The translations under genes and the position numbers were made by a program. DNA of 62,924 nucleotides, counting the filler, from Choristocarpus tenellus KU-1152 (lineage: Eukaryota; Protista; Phaeophyceae), in assembly GCA_964200185.2 (NCBI GenBank). It is 9 parts of 9 records of this genome, joined end to end, with 100 filler letters (N's around TTAATTAATTAA, not from the genome) between each part and the next. Parts side by side here need not be neighbours in the genome. Positions count along the whole stretch, not along the records: positions 12,727 to 15,964 come from CAXNAD020021337.1; positions 16,065 to 23,881 come from CAXNAD020005541.1; positions 23,982 to 26,889 come from CAXNAD020023739.1; 6 more parts are not named here. One strand, given 5' to 3'. This document shows, piece by piece, positions 12,895 through 26,830 of the stretch (position 1 is the first letter of the stretch; the number at the start of each line of letters is the position of its first letter). A model generated the notes under the pieces. That model did no database searches and was not told the DNA's origin. It saw only the letters and a program-made list of their open reading frames with translations.

Positions 12895-15800
12895 TCAAGG
12901 TGTCACCTGGTCAAGCTAGGTTAATCCCATCATGCACCATATTGCTAAAGTTCAAATCAAAACCCACTGCCTAATATGTGAGGTAGATGTACTTGAATAC
13001 ATCCTGTAGATCCTCCATTTCCTCTGTAGGAGACCATCCACGATTTCCTTCCCTAAAACGAATTTACCTTACAGTATATCATATCATAGAAAGTATGTCA
13101 ATCTTATGCATGACATACAAAGAAAGAGTTAGACGATTCTGGTACCTAATACAACTCCTGTTCTTATGATGGAGGGATATGGAACATTGCTGACTGGTGC
13201 GTATGCCTGACTTTCCCTCAGCTTCCGTATCCTCATCAGTAATCTGAATGCCCTATCTATGATCCTTCAGAGCTAGAGTTGTAATTCTTTGAAACCAGGT
13301 CAAGGCAAAGCTGTCAGTCAGCGACCAGGCATGTCTGAAGGTCTCCCACTCCTCTAACACTTAGGACCGTCTGGCAATGTTACAGACACAACGAAGGACT
13401 CAACCCTGACCTAATCAATTGCCATAAACAAAATTTATATAATTGCATACAATAGATGTATTCGGAGGAATCCCCTGTTAGGCCATATCGTTGGAGTCAA
13501 CGCTAGAGGATGCGAAGTATCTTCATGTGCTGGTTGAACATCTTGCGAAGTGCTAGTGTCTTGGGGTATTACTAAATCATCAAGGAGGATAACTTGTGGA
13601 GAAATTTGAACCCTATAGCTCATCTAAAATGCCACTATATCATTCAGGTCTCAAACACTACGCAAGTGATAGTGCAACATCAAGTCAGTGCATAGTCTCT
13701 TGGGATTCCAACTTTTCTATATACAGTACAGATATCACATGCCCACATTCTTAGATTCCTAATGCAAGTGCTTTAAACGTTTCCTCTGTTCCTAGGTCTG
13801 TCCTAAATTGGCATCACAATCTCTCACCAAAAGCTGTTTATCCTCTCTTACTCATGGATGAAGACAAGCCGTCTACCCCTTTGCTAAGGTTATCAACCTG
13901 ATCTGTTGTGGGGTACTCGCTTGTCTGAGGCAGGGCTGAATGAAGCAAAGTGTTTACGAGTCATAGGGTTCTGTGAGGGATTGATGAGCACCTCGTAGTG
14001 AGCCTTTATCTTACATGTATTTCATGCATTCTATCGTATGACTTTGGCTACTGGTACACATTAAATTCTGTCTGGTTACTGCATGACCATGGACATTGGT
14101 GTACCTACATATCTCGTCAATTTGGATACCCTAAGGACTCTCGTTTCTAATTTTCTAAGTTATACTCTAACAAGGGTTCCATCACTGCAAGCTATCCACA
14201 CTGCAACTGTTCAGGATCAAAGGCCTGGACCTGCGGGGCACAGCAGAGAATTTCTTACGATATTCCTTACAACGTGTCAACAATTTCTTGATTACCCTAT
14301 GCCTGTACTACAACAATCTACCCTGCAGGCGAGAAAAAGGCAAACCTTATCCTCCATGTTCCACCTTCTACCGTTCTGGAAATGCTGACTGCATCAGCAA
14401 GTTGACACTTGAATAACTGCTAATAGAAATATCTTTTCCTTCTGTACCAGTACACGATGGTGAGTAGGAAACTAGCGAGGGGGAAGGGTGGGGCGAGAAC
14501 AAAGCTCGATCTTTCAAAAGAACAGCGCTTCGTGCTTGTCATGCATCGAGCCATGCTGGTTAGAGGCAGCAAAATACTCACAAGGGATTCGTCAATTATA
14601 GGTGCGATATTCCACATGGATCGGGTCATGGACAACCATTTCTCAGCTCATATGCATTCGTACAAGGCACAAGACACCATATCACGCCACATTTAAAATG
14701 TGGTATTCCTATTTGAGAAATCTACACTAATATCATATATTTTATTATTATGCCCAGTGACATTTTGAAGATGTGTCAGGGGGCAAACCAATGAATATCC
14801 AACCAAATCAACTATTGGACATGTTACTCTTGTTATCTCCAATCTCAAAATCAACCACTAACTATTATAGAAAATACACAATGCACGAACTTCAATTCCA
14901 ATTTCAAATAATACATGGTTCAACCAGAAGAAGAAACGTTCATTTATCATCATACCACAACCATCAATTGCCTACTCTTTCATTTGTTCATGGTCAAAAC
15001 ACCAACACCAACACCAAATTCTTGTTTTGTAGGCAGTTGCCTCTTGGATAAAACTGACTTTGATTAATTTCGAGGTGATGTAAGGCATCCTGATCGGTGA
15101 TCAGCATATCTTATCAAATTAAAGGTGATGCCAAATGTTGTCGATTGCCGGAAAGAAATCCGGCTGCAAATTACTTTGTTACGAGTTAGGAAATGCCGAA
15201 AGGTTTGGTTGATTGCCAAAAAAATGAAAATCGCTGAAAATCTTAAGGTGGTACCTGTGGCAGTTCTGCTTTCTTTCACCGGAACGCCCCAACAGATATA
15301 CAACAATATATATAAATAAAAGCTTATGACAAGACCTTTTTTTGAAGGTTTGTATGCAGGAATGTAGAACGGGAGCTATATATCCCGAAAAAATAATGGA
15401 AAAAAAACGCGGGGGAATATCTCCGACGTAATTTTGAAGGTCATGACTTCAAAACTTCCAAAAATGAAGTGGTTGGTGTTAAAACATAGGCTACTCATTT
15501 GTTTCTTGTTGATATGATGCACATACTACCAGCTTGTACTGACTGTTGATTGGTGCACTGCACTGGTTGTTAGTGTTCATTTATTTATTGCGCATTTCAA
15601 CTCATCATCACATCGATGACAGTAGATAGAAGCATCGCATCAGTTGATATTCAGTTGATCCACATCATACACAGGAACATCATAGCACACGTCATCCAAG
15701 TTACTTCGGAACTTGCATCAAGTGAGTTCCACTGTTACCTTGTGTTCCCCTTTCTATTTTATTTTGTTCGGACTCCTGCTCCTTGCGCAATTGCTCCTGG

Positions 15801-16619
15801 TTCACTGAAGGAAACACAGTAGTGGAACTAGTAAATAGTTCACGATCACAAGACGAATCCCTTCAGACGAGAAAATGTGACCAAGGTAACGTACTTCTTT
15901 GGGTCCAAACTGGATCTCTTATCTTTCCTCCGCGGTCAACCAGAAATGCCCCGTCACCCTATTTNNNNNNNNNNNNNNNNNNNNNNNNNNNNNNNNNNNN
16001 NNNNNNNNTTAATTAATTAANNNNNNNNNNNNNNNNNNNNNNNNNNNNNNNNNNNNNNNNNNNNAAGTTGCAGAATAAAGGCTTATGATTGGAGTACGTA
16101 TAGAGCAGTTGCATAGAAGACCAAAGAAATTGGGTGGATGATGAAAATAATAAGAGGGCTTTTGTGGAAAACACTTTGACTCCTCTTGGCCAGTCCTTTC
16201 TTTATCTCGAACGAAACTTCGAGTCGAGCTTTGAGCAAAGCACTGAGTGGAATATCAAGAGAGAAGGATACCTGACACCCTACAAACTGTTATGAAGGGC
16301 AACGTTCCCATAGCGTCGTTTTAAGGTCGTTGGATTTGAGTTGCTATCTTGTGGAGGTGAGTTCTGGGGGGCACGCTGTAACATACATACGATCTGTTCG
16401 ACAATCCCTTCGTGAAATTCATATATCGCAAGAGTATGTTTTCCTTTTGGCGATGTATTAAATTAGGAGTGTGCACACTGCATCGATTTGGTCTGCACAC
16501 TGTACAAAGGTGCAAGGGCAAGGGTGGGTAGCGCCTCACCACCACACTGCACATTTACGTATTGGTTTACTTACTCTCGTATGTCTACCAGATATACACA
16601 GAATCTAACTGTAATACTG

Positions 16620-16872
16620 AACCAAATCAACTGAGATGTAGGCAAGTTTGGGCCCTTTTGCATTCTAAGTAATCTTTCTTACCCATATACAATGCAGTCT
16701 ATTTCATTGATTAATGTGAACAATAGTGTACATAAAATTGATATTCCCCCTTTCCAATACAAAGTAACACCACAATTCAGCAAAGGCTACTTTTGCAATT
16801 GTACAAAACGACCTCTTTTTGTCCTTTCTTGGGATCCTTAAAAGTGCAAACTTACCTATATCTCAGTTGGTT
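16620..16872. mobile_element. MITE family C copy
   Basis: Inverted ends CTGAGATGTAGGCAAGTTTG / CAAACTTACCTATATCTCAG; similar to 30825-31095 and 53669-53925. Confidence 0.7.
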
Positions 16873-17699
16873 AGAGTTACTTATTCATGAGATAACAAAA
16901 CGTATAATAATCGCTTTGTCACTCAATACTACACTAGTGAATTGCTGTTATATGTCTGATTAGCAACTCCCAACTGCATTAGCAGCTCGACTGGTGGTTT
17001 CCATGTGCATTCCGGTACCTATTACAAACTCCATATGTGTTGTTGACTCTCGCAATGGAATTTTACTACTACAGATAGTTACCCTCCATCTAGGTCTTAC
17101 TTGTGTGTTCCTTATTGTATTTACAGTTCACCACACATAGTTTTGAGTGTGATTGCACCAAGGCAACAACAGAGCACTCTGTATTGAAATTATGCTTGAA
17201 TGATATTCTTGACCATTTGTTCCCTGTCATTCATCATATCATTATACCTAAGTTGATAAGGGAGAGAAGAAAAACAGGATACAGAACTTAATGCCGCCAA
17301 GCTACATAATGTCACATTTATAGGCACGTTTCTGAGTGAAGGCATATCCCTCTCAGATACCCAACATTTGGGCCATGCACACCATAATAAGTTGTGATGA
17401 AATGTGAGGTGAGAGTATGTTGAGTGTGTAAAGTGCTTCTCTATTGTGTACTCTGCAGTACCTAGCAGTTGCAACGGGCATCCTAGCGTGTAAACATGAC
17501 GACAATACTTGCACTACTTCATACCCTGCAGTTTGTACATACTATAGACAGAACATGGAGTTTCAAATCAGCTTAAAGTTCACACTGCTCATGCAACACA
17601 GTCTACCTAAAACGACCAAATTTCGCTTTAGAAGTTGCCATACCCCTGAGCACAGGATCAAAACATTTATGATGCTACAGGATTTTTTCCTATTATACT

Positions 17700-17906
17700 G
17701 AGCCAAAGTATCTTAGAGGGTAGAGCCGCGTCCATTTGGGGGTCAAAATCCAATGTTACGATTTTGATGTAANNNNNNNNNNTTTTCATAGCGTAAACAT
17801 TTTGCCTACTCCGAAATACTTTGGAGGAGGTGAAAGTCGTATAAACCCCAAGGTAAGTCAAGCCCCAAATGGACAAACAGGGAAAAACTTGTACCCTCTA
17901 AGATAC
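17700..17906 (+). mobile_element. MITE family A copy with truncated right TIR and an internal 10-N gap
   Basis: GAGCCAAAGTATCTTAGAGGGTAG...GTACCCTCTAAGATAC. Confidence 0.9.
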
Positions 17907-18281
17907 CTATTATACTGGCTATCTCAAATACAGCAATCTACTACTCCGGAGTATTTACTACTTAAATGGATGCACATCATCCTAATAACGACACCTACAG
18001 CACACACAGAAGGTGTCTCTCGTGACATGGGGCACCTTTCATGTGATCTGATCATCATTATTTACTGCATTAGACTCCAGCAGGTGTCATTATGTCATTC
18101 AAACCATCTGTAATTAATTATCTGCTGGTTCGCCTCCACCCATATATATGTAAGCGAGGTCTGATCTTCCACAACAACAACAGCATAATTTTTTCCTTTC
18201 AAGATACCACCCCTTACATGGACAACTTTCACATTGCCTTTTCCTTTGCGAACCAACCATGAACGGTTTTGGCCGACACCT

Positions 18282-18539
18282 GAGTCAAAGTATCTTAGAG
18301 GGTAGAGTCGCGTCCATTTGGGAGCCAATATTCAACTTTGTGATTTTGATATAATTTTGGCTTTCGTATTTGTTAGGAAGTGTCAATATCCTTCTTCTGG
18401 ACACAACGTTTCATAACGTATACATTTTACCTAATCCAAAACATATTGGAGTAGGAAAATGTAATAAGAAACCCATGGGAAGCCAAGCCCCAAATGGACA
18501 AACAGGGAAAAACTCATACCCTCTAAGATACTTTTACTC
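18282..18539 (+). mobile_element. MITE family A full copy, TSD ACCT
   Basis: 23-bp TIRs GAGTCAAAGTATCTTAGAGGGTA / TACCCTCTAAGATACTTTTACTC, flanked by ACCT on both sides. Confidence 0.95.
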
Positions 18540-18876
18540 ACCTAATCCAATATATGTTTGTCCTACTCTCATGTATCACAGGTTCCTGGCATAGCGCCTT
18601 CCTTACACTACTACAGTGTGAAGGATGTACCGGTCCTGGAAAGGAAGTGAATCATGCAAACATTTAAGGCCATCTGCCTACATATCCTTGAATCCCATAA
18701 TCAAAATGTAAAAAAAAAGAAGTCAAGATTGATGATAGAGTAAGGATCGCGTGAAGAATTGGGGATACTACATGATGCCTTAAGCCTGTATCGCGTAGAA
18801 GAGTTTATTACAATTTTGATGGACTTATTTTCATTTGGTTACTTTTCAGGGGTTTTTTTCCTTTTCGTCCACTTTT

Positions 18877-19064
18877 GGCCCAAAGTATCTGGGGGGAGAG
18901 GGGGGGTCTACACCAGGGTGCCCATTTGGACCAAAATCAGGAAAAAAAGTGCATTTACATTATCCATCCAACGTATGCAACCAGGTCACCCAAAAATCGC
19001 GACATGAAAAATTGACCCCAAATGGATAGCTGCCCCCCCCCCCCCCCCCCAGATACTTTGAGTC
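18877..19064 (+). mobile_element. MITE family B full copy (~190 bp), TSD TTTT
   Basis: TIRs GGCCCAAAGTATCTGGGGGG / CCCCCCAGATACTTTGAGTC. Other copies or fragments at ~1-102, 3148-3222, 6590-6686, 22340-22514, 23853-24066, 26850-26889 and ~56213-56258. Confidence 0.9.
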
Positions 19065-19713
19065 TTTTTCAGACTTTTTGAGATCCTTTTTTGGAACTTC
19101 TCACTTTTTTTTTCTCTTCTGGTTCACGTCAGATATTTTCTAGAATTCCCAACACTCTCTGGGAATGTCTCGAGTTATTTGTAAATCTTTAGCATAGGTT
19201 TGGTGACCATGTGTGACTCAACAATATTACAATACATCAATACATCAATATACATATGAACCAAGCAAAAGACAGGTCACAACATGATGTTACTGCCTGT
19301 TGCCCCCCCATGTACAAAAGTACCACATCATTTTTGAGAGGAGGGACCTGTAAACCCATCAATAATACAAACAGTAATGGTATTGAAAATTGTATGGAAT
19401 TTGCAATCGATGTACGTATGTGAAGCCTCTGTCATGGACTCCTTCATCTCCCTTTCCAAACTTGAGGAGCAAACCAACCTGCACGCCCAATCCCTGGTGG
19501 CCCCAGCCCTTGCTCCCACAGGGGATTATTTATTTTAGTTATGCAGTCAGTAGTACATAGTTCTTCGAAGTTCGAAGTATGTTCCACACACATGCACAAG
19601 TTCTGCTACTTATACAATGAATAAAGCACATACACGGTTTCAGCACCTCACATGATAAAATGAAAAACCACAAGTAGTATATAGGTAGCTCGAGACAGTG
19701 AGGAACTGCTGAC

Positions 19714-22700
19714 ATGTTTGACTGGGGCGAGAATGATAAAGATGATTGTTTAAGCCTACGTGGGAGGCAGATAGGAGGGAATGACATCGGTGAATTCCTC
19801 CGTTCCCTTGAGGACGGACTTGACGAAGTGGGTACCCTGAAGGTGATCGATCTCTCCGACAACCACATTGGGAGAGACAGAGAAAGCATGGAGTCACTTG
19901 GCACTCTATTCTTGACCTCCAAGCGCTCTCTCACGGCTCTCAACATTTCGCGGTGAGAATCTCTATTGGAGTGAGTCTATCAACTTTCAAGTTCGTGTAG
20001 ATCAAACTTGTTGCCACTCCTCATCTGAATTTGTCTCTGCGCAAACATTATATTCCAAACGCAGGAACCCTCTGGGTGGAAAGCAGCCGAACCCCCTCCT
20101 GGCACTTGCCAAAAATTTCGAACACCTGCGGCTTAAGGTTATCGACATGTCCAGTTGTGCTCTTCTCGGACCCAGTAATCATCGCTACCGAGGCCTGATC
20201 GTCCTCGGGGAGGCTTTCACTAAAAGGAAGCATTTAACTCATCTCAGGCATGCAGTCCAGAGATGGATAGACTAAATGTTTGAGAGAGGAAAGGAGCCCG
20301 ATTTCTCGCCCAAAATAATTACATTCATGAGTTCCAGAAACAAGTGTCATGTGCAGCTTAGTCACTTCTTCTCTTTAGGGAGATGTTTATCAACAACTCT
20401 TTAAGAACCAAATCCTGTCCATAAACGTTCCACCATCTACGATCTGGCCGTTTACACTTTACGACCAACACCGAATTCATCATTCCAGGCTTGCAGACAA
20501 CCACCTGCATAGCGAAGGTGCTCTGGTATTGTCCGCGTGGCTACACGGAATACCACGTCTGCGTCATCTTGACTTGTCTAGGTACAACGTGAGAGTCTTG
20601 TCTTGTGGAGAGTGTGTATGTATAATCTCATACCTGCCGCATGTTCGTTACTGTCTAGAGCAATGCCCTAAAATGCTTCTCTCCCACATATGTTCAACTC
20701 GCGAGCCAGCGAAATTCGTGTCGCATGACGTGACCTCACTTGATTTCGACTTCGAATGTGTATCCATATTAACTCCCTCCCTTCACATCATGCCTTTTTC
20801 TATTCTCAATAGTCACTTGCACAATCAGACTCCTGGAACCAATTTCTCCGCGGCATACCCAGCATATGTAGCAACCCTTGTTTTTGTTCGCTGATGTGAT
20901 CGTGTACCACAGCAATCCCTTAACTGTCGATCCACTAGGACATCCGAGTAGAGCAGGTCTCTATCAACTTTGCACAGGACTCCGTCATTGCTTCCAGCTC
21001 CAGGTGTTGCGCCTCAATGACGTGGGTTTGAATGATGGTGGGGCGAAAGACATTGCTGGGGTGTTGGAATCCTCAGCTTGCCTGCAGACGCTTGATCTGT
21101 CCAACAACAAGGTGTTATTGCAGTGGTATAGAGTTAATACCCCCATCACTATCCCCTGCTCTCCTTACTTCAACAAATCCCACCACAATGACATTTAGAG
21201 TGAAAGTATCTTAAAGGGTACGAATTTTGCCCTGTTGTCCATTTGGGTCTCTTACAATACTTTCCTAATCCCAAATATTTCGGAGTAAGAAAAATGTATA
21301 CGTTATGAAAAGGTGTGTTCGGAACAAGGACATTGACACTTCCTAACAAACACAATACCAAAATTTCACCAAAATCGCACCATTGAATCTTGGCCCCCAA
21401 ACGGACGCGGCTCTACCCTCTAAGACACTTTGACTCTTAGTGTTCTGGATGCTTTGAATCATAGCTTTGTTGTGTGCTCCTTTTCTCTTGCCTCCTCCTA
21501 CCATAAGCCCTCCCCATCCCTTACCTCACCGGTATTTGAATGCCAAAAGGTGGAGCCTGCCTTATACTGATAATGGTTGCATGTGGTGTTTTGCAGGGGC
21601 CACATGTCACATGTGTGACCATGTATGAGTGTTTAACCTGATGTGAGTCACCATCCATTATACAACTCATAAGGTTGTCCTTGTCTCTTTTGATCCCAAT
21701 CATTTCCCTTTCACACCCTTGATCTACACATCAGTATTTCTCGGATTCCTCTTGCTTCCTTACCAGAATCAAAGAAACCATGAGTAAATCGTATTCCTAT
21801 CACCACTAAACGTGAACACAAATAACTCCCACACGCCCTTAATGTTTACAAGATAAAGGTTGTTGGCGCAAGGTATTTGGGTGATGCCTTAAGGTCTAAC
21901 GACACCCTTATCACCCTATACATGGGGGGGAATGTGGTGCTCGATGAAGGGGCTCTCTTCCTGGTATCAGCACTACGATACACAACAAATCTGAGGGAGT
22001 TGGAGTGAGTGTGCTACTCATAAAGCTCATGCCTCTTGAGCATTACTCCCTTCCCATTCTCATTCCTACAGAGAGAGCATTATTGTTGCACAGGGTGATC
22101 TGATATACTCTGAAGTCGTAAGTCCCTCCCCCCTCTCCCGTTGCTTTTTCTTCTTGACAATATGTTCAAACCACTCTGTCCTTCAGCTTATCGACCAATG
22201 GGCTAACAAGTGCAGTCAAGGTTCCCTTGGCTAAGATGACAATGGAAGCAACTGGCATTGAGACCTACAGGTAAGCATAGCTTGAGCTACATTCTCATAC
22301 TGAACTTGACGGGAGAGAGAGAAGTAAAGAGGATGGCTAGGCTCAAAGTATCTGGGTGTGTGACCATTTGGGGTCAATTTTTTCATGTCGCGATTTTTGT
22401 GTGATCTGGTTGCATACGTCAGATGGATAATGTAAATACACTTTTCCTGATTTTGGGTCAAATGGACACCCTGGTGTAGACCCCTCCTTCCCCCCCCCCC
22501 AGATATGTTGGGTTACTAGGGAAATGGCACTAATTCGGCAGTGCAGGCATGTCCTGTGCCGAATTCTACCATGAGTCCTGCTACCAGAATGCTACATATG
22601 TTTCCCCCACCCAAGCAGGTATCATGATGATTCCTATTTCTTTCCTCGTCTCTCACCCCTCCAATCCTGTTTATCACGTGTGATATGAGGTTGGCCTCAA

Positions 22701-23577
22701 GCTTAATCTATAGCATTGCACTATATTCCACACATAAACATTACTGAGAGGTATAGTCGGTGTGTTTTGATATGTTTACAAGAGTCTGGCTAAAATACAC
22801 CCAGTCGTCAGGGTGGAGGGGTTCCCTGACAGCTCCAGTTGTAATAGCAGGTCGAAGGACCGATTAAACTTGCTCTATAAGTAAATTCTTACATACAAGT
22901 AAGTTAGGGCCAGCCCTTCCACTCCTTCCTGGTGGCCTGCCTGCTTATCTTACATATTGTCTATCTTATTTTCCCTCTATCACAATGCCTATACTAGATA
23001 AACTCTACATCTACTCTTTGGTGTGGACCCTACAGACTGAACAGTGTGTTCATCATCATTATTGATCCTTGATTCACTTGGACCTCACATTCCTCTTGAA
23101 GTGCCAGAAAGCTGTTTGAGAAACACTGGAAAGACACTGTTGAATTCATTGTTTACCCAGGGGTTGTGATGTGTGCAATTTGACTCTTGAACTTACTACA
23201 CAAAGGGCGAGGTAGTTGTGAAAAGAGGGTATAACGTGGCTCACAGAAAAATAACATACCTTTATACTCCAACTATACGTGTAGGAAGAAAAGAATACTA
23301 ACCAACACAAACTGGGTGATACCCACAACAGTTGGTCAACCAACACTCTTTGGATTATGGGCTAGTATTGTCCTGGGCTGACCCCCTATAATCCTTGTGC
23401 TCTGCGGCATGTGCAATGTGCAGATTATCTGGCAATGCCATCACCACTGCTGATGAGGAGGAGGTGCTTGAGCATGCAAGGGCAAACTCGGAGTTGCGGA
23501 TTCTTCAACAGGTTCGAAGGAGGTTGGATGATGACTGTAGGGCACCATATGCATTTGATTTAGGACAAAGGGTGTGA
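19714..23577 (+). CDS. Leucine-rich repeat protein, ribonuclease-inhibitor/NLRC3-type repeats
   Basis: In-phase exons 19714-19952, 20065-20247, 20489-20581, 20913-21111, 21853-22004, 22187-22270 and 23424-23577. Repeated LxxLxLxxNxI motifs: LKVIDLSDNHIG, LTALNISRNPLG, LTHLRLADNHL, LRHLDLSSNPL, LQTLDLSNNKIK, LITLYMGGNVV, LRELDLSTNGL. Intron 2 needs a GC donor. The stop at 23577 is uncertain; the gene could continue across the gap. Confidence 0.88.
21198..21436 (-). mobile_element. MITE family A copy in an LRR-gene intron
   Basis: Reverse orientation, both TIRs present, small internal deletion. Confidence 0.92.
22340..22514 (-). mobile_element. MITE family B copy in an LRR-gene intron
   Basis: Reverse complement of 18877-19064; flanks GCTA/ACTA. 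Confidence 0.88.
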
Positions 23578-23804
23578 TTGTGATACAGCACTTGCTGCTC
23601 CTCCTTTCCAACATAACTTCACCGTTAAATGTGACCCCAGACGTCTCTTCCTGTACGAGTTTAATCCACACACTCCAAGCGCATGAATACAGAGAAGTAA
23701 CAGACCAATCCTTGAGATCAGTAGGGGAGAGGAGGGTCTGTCAGAAGTAGTGTTCTTGCGTGATGCACTGCCTACCAGGTACAATCCTCGTAAAAAAAAC
23801 ATTT

Positions 23805-24066
23805 GAGTGAAAATATCTTAGAGGGTACGAATTTTGCCCTGTTTGTCCGTTTGACCCAAAGTATTTGGGAGGGGGGGGGGGNNNNNNNNNNNNNNNNNNN
23901 NNNNNNNNNNNNNNNNNNNNNNNNNTTAATTAATTAANNNNNNNNNNNNNNNNNNNNNNNNNNNNNNNNNNNNNNNNNNNNACGTTGGATGGATAATGAA
24001 AGTGCTCTTTTCCTGGTTTTGGTCCAAAGGTGTTGGCCCCCCCCCCCCCCCCAGATACTTTGGGTC
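23805..24066. mobile_element. MITE family A fragment (23805-23852) directly joined to family B ends spanning a gap
   Basis: GAGTGAAAATATCTTAGAGGGTACG...GTCCGTTT is followed by GACCCAAAGTATTTGGGAGGGG; CCCCCAGATACTTTGGGTC lies after the gap. Confidence 0.8.
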
Positions 24067-25249
24067 TAAAGTTCATTAATCTTGAATACCGTAACATTAT
24101 TCCATGATGGAATGTGTTTCGAACATATTACGGATTAATCGCCGTCTTAATAATATATAATTTAATGAGAGTTCGTTAGTTAATAGTTTTAGTGTGATGA
24201 AAACTATTTTTTCGCTGTGGTAAGATTGCTTTAACACGATCAGGTGGTGAGAGTATGTTTTTATTTTTTATGGCAGCGATTCTTACGTGTATCGTGGAAA
24301 CGATTTTGTCGATGAACTTGGTGTTGTTTCGAATTCGCAAGCCTTGATTCTCCTGGTTAGTGGGCAGACGACACCTTGTTAAGCCAAGTTGTCATCAAGG
24401 GTAAGGGAAAATGAGGATGGAGCAAATATGTTTTACCTCTCTAGTGAAACTTCTATCCTTAGCCTTCGCAGGCTCCCATGCATATTCTGTCGTATACCAT
24501 CATCAACTGTGGTGAGCATCACACCTACTACCCTTCTTAGAGCCTTTTGTCTGGGATTGGTTAAGCTTACATGCTTTGTCGGTGTTACTTAAGCAGGTGA
24601 TAGGAATTACCAATGGATGAAGGAGAGGACAAACAAAAATCCTCTCCTCTGAAAGGTTAAATATGTTGTATATTATATATTATGTATGTATGTAACGCAG
24701 TACAGTGGATATCACCAGAAGCTTAGAGCTTTGTGGGAACATGTGATGGGGGCTAGAGATGACGCAAAAACATTTATAGTTAGTTGTAGGGCACAATTGC
24801 TGCATTGTCAAGCTATCATCGTACTCTCTGATGATGACTGAAAGGCAAGCTGATATCTGTGGAGTGTTACTGACCTGTAATGAAGTTCGATCTGTATGCT
24901 TATTGAGAACTGCCCGAGTTGTAACTATTTTGTTATAATTAAATTGGCATCAACATTGAACCATTTGGACGAAGAAGATGCAAATAGAGCAATAGGATCA
25001 GTGCTGAGCTCTGACTTGAGTTCGATGCAAGAGAAGGATAATGAAAATGAACAAAATGCTCGAAACCCCGGAATTGACAAGATTGTATTACACCCAATAT
25101 TTCCTTGTACAGAGAGGGCAGAACACTTGAGTGGGACATTCCATTATCACAAACTATGAAGATATTTTAGTAGCACTTTCGATTGTAAATACTGTGTACA
25201 TTTTAGCCGGCACATATTCCGTAACGCATGCTGATAAACTCTGTATAGT

Positions 25250-26830
25250 CCAATTGGTTCTTGCAGGTTTGTAGGCCATGTCAGCATGAACAGACAATGT
25301 CAGCATCCACCTGTCATCCATACGAGTACAACCATTGCCCACAGCGATAACTAGCTCCCGAGACCTACACTGATTGCATGTAGTTAGTGTGTTGCAACAG
25401 TATTCTCGTTCAGGAAGGCCTTCTCTCCATAACAGAGTAAGGCATACAGCCATGGTCTTTATTGATGTACTCTGGGGTGATCTATTTTTCTCCTTGAGGC
25501 ATTCTTCCGAAATGGGAAACACTATATGCCAAAGGGGCTAAAAAATCAACCCCGAGAAGAACAGATGAATCAAGATTGATGAATCTTGTAGATCACCCCA
25601 AGTCCATCCAACCGATCTCCCTACGTTGTCAGCATCACCATCGGACCCATACTTGGGCTCCTTGACCATTATGTACCACCTCCAACTCTTGACCAGGTTA
25701 ACAAGCACACCATCTTCAAACCAGTGTGTCAGGAAGTTTGGTATAAGATTACACACAGATAGAGATGGATGCCTGTGCAGTCCTTTTCCAAGTGTATGTC
25801 GTTTCCCTTCATTTTCCCAGAAAAGAGTTGGAACAGGGGCAGCCATTTTGTACCGCCAGCCGTACGTCACAAAAATAACATGTTGTACACACACATACCC
25901 CATGCATCATGTTACTTCTGACAACTATGCTCCAGTTGTGCTTCAGTCGCTCCAGCACCGCCTTATGAAACTCCTCCTGGGTAGTTTCTCCTTCCTTCGT
26001 CTGATTATACTCTGCTACAACTGCCTCCAGGGAAGATCGGATACGGTTGTCTATGACCACACACCCAAGGGCTACTCTGGTCGCTTGTCGTACTGCTGGA
26101 ATTATTGCTGTTGATGGTGAGGCGACACCCTTGTCACCTCCAAAGGTATCCCGATCATACTCCATACAGCAACTGGAGTTACAGCCCCCCATATAGAGAT
26201 CAATTTCCTCTACAAATATGCATTTTTATCATCACTAGCAACCCCATGAAACCAGCCAGCATGTTCTGACGGTCAGGGTTGTAGTTGTGGTCGACATTTG
26301 TGTTGCCTTCGAGTTGACCACCCTCATAAGCTCCACATTGGCATTAGGGTAGGGGACCTGGGCGATAGGAAATCACGTGTGGGATTATGGCCCTCCTGGC
26401 TGAGGTGAGTTGATGGATTGTGAGGAGTTCCAAGTCTCTTGCATTTGTTGGTGAGGTGCCTCATGGTTAGCATCATGCTGATACTCCTTCTCCTTGGAAT
26501 CCATCTTAACCTCCTGTAGTACCTCCAGCATAGGAGTTGGGGAACATAATTCACATCTACCAGGGACTGCTCCATACTTTCAGTCACGTACTTGACGTCC
26601 ACACTTATACGTCGTGCCCCTGGGACATCTCCAACTATGCTGACTCCAGCTGAAGCAAGTCCGGACCTTTGGTCAGACTGGAAGAGTACATGCTGTAAAT
26701 CCAACCCCAGGACATCTCAAAGGGCCTTGCTTCCGAAAATGAATACATAACCATTAGCACCAGGGAGAACTGCCAAGGTCATGTTTCGAAACTGAATAGG
26801 CCCATCGGGCATGTGTAGCGCTAGGTAAAG
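25250..26830 (-). mobile_element. Heavily decayed Ty3/Gypsy protease-RT remnant
   Basis: Frameshifted pieces in the expected order: HMPDGPIQFRNMTLAVLPG...FIFGSKAL*DVLGLDL (protease C-terminus-like), VDF...FPISEECL (like DFxxGYWQxPLxEES), and GNGCTRMDD (like GCLVWIDD). Confidence 0.5.

Noticed and set aside
14700-14880. Similarity to 59030-59290 (ATTATGCCC..GACATTTT..AGATGTGTC)
   Set aside because: Probably fragments of one old repeat, but boundaries and class cannot be defined by eye.
17736-19029. Recurring ORFs such as MGAKIQCCDF / KWTNRAKLVPSKIL as a multigene family
   Set aside because: They are chance translations of MITE copies with inconsistent frames.
22840-23200. TGTAATAG...TTACTACA segment as a solo LTR
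   Set aside because: The ends fit TG..CA, but there is no TSD and no second copy, so support is insufficient.
24614-25160. MDEGEDKQKSSPLK exon-like start and a downstream acidic ORF as the 5' end of WDR46
   Set aside because: No WD40 or UTP7 similarity is recognisable, and it lies on a different contig.
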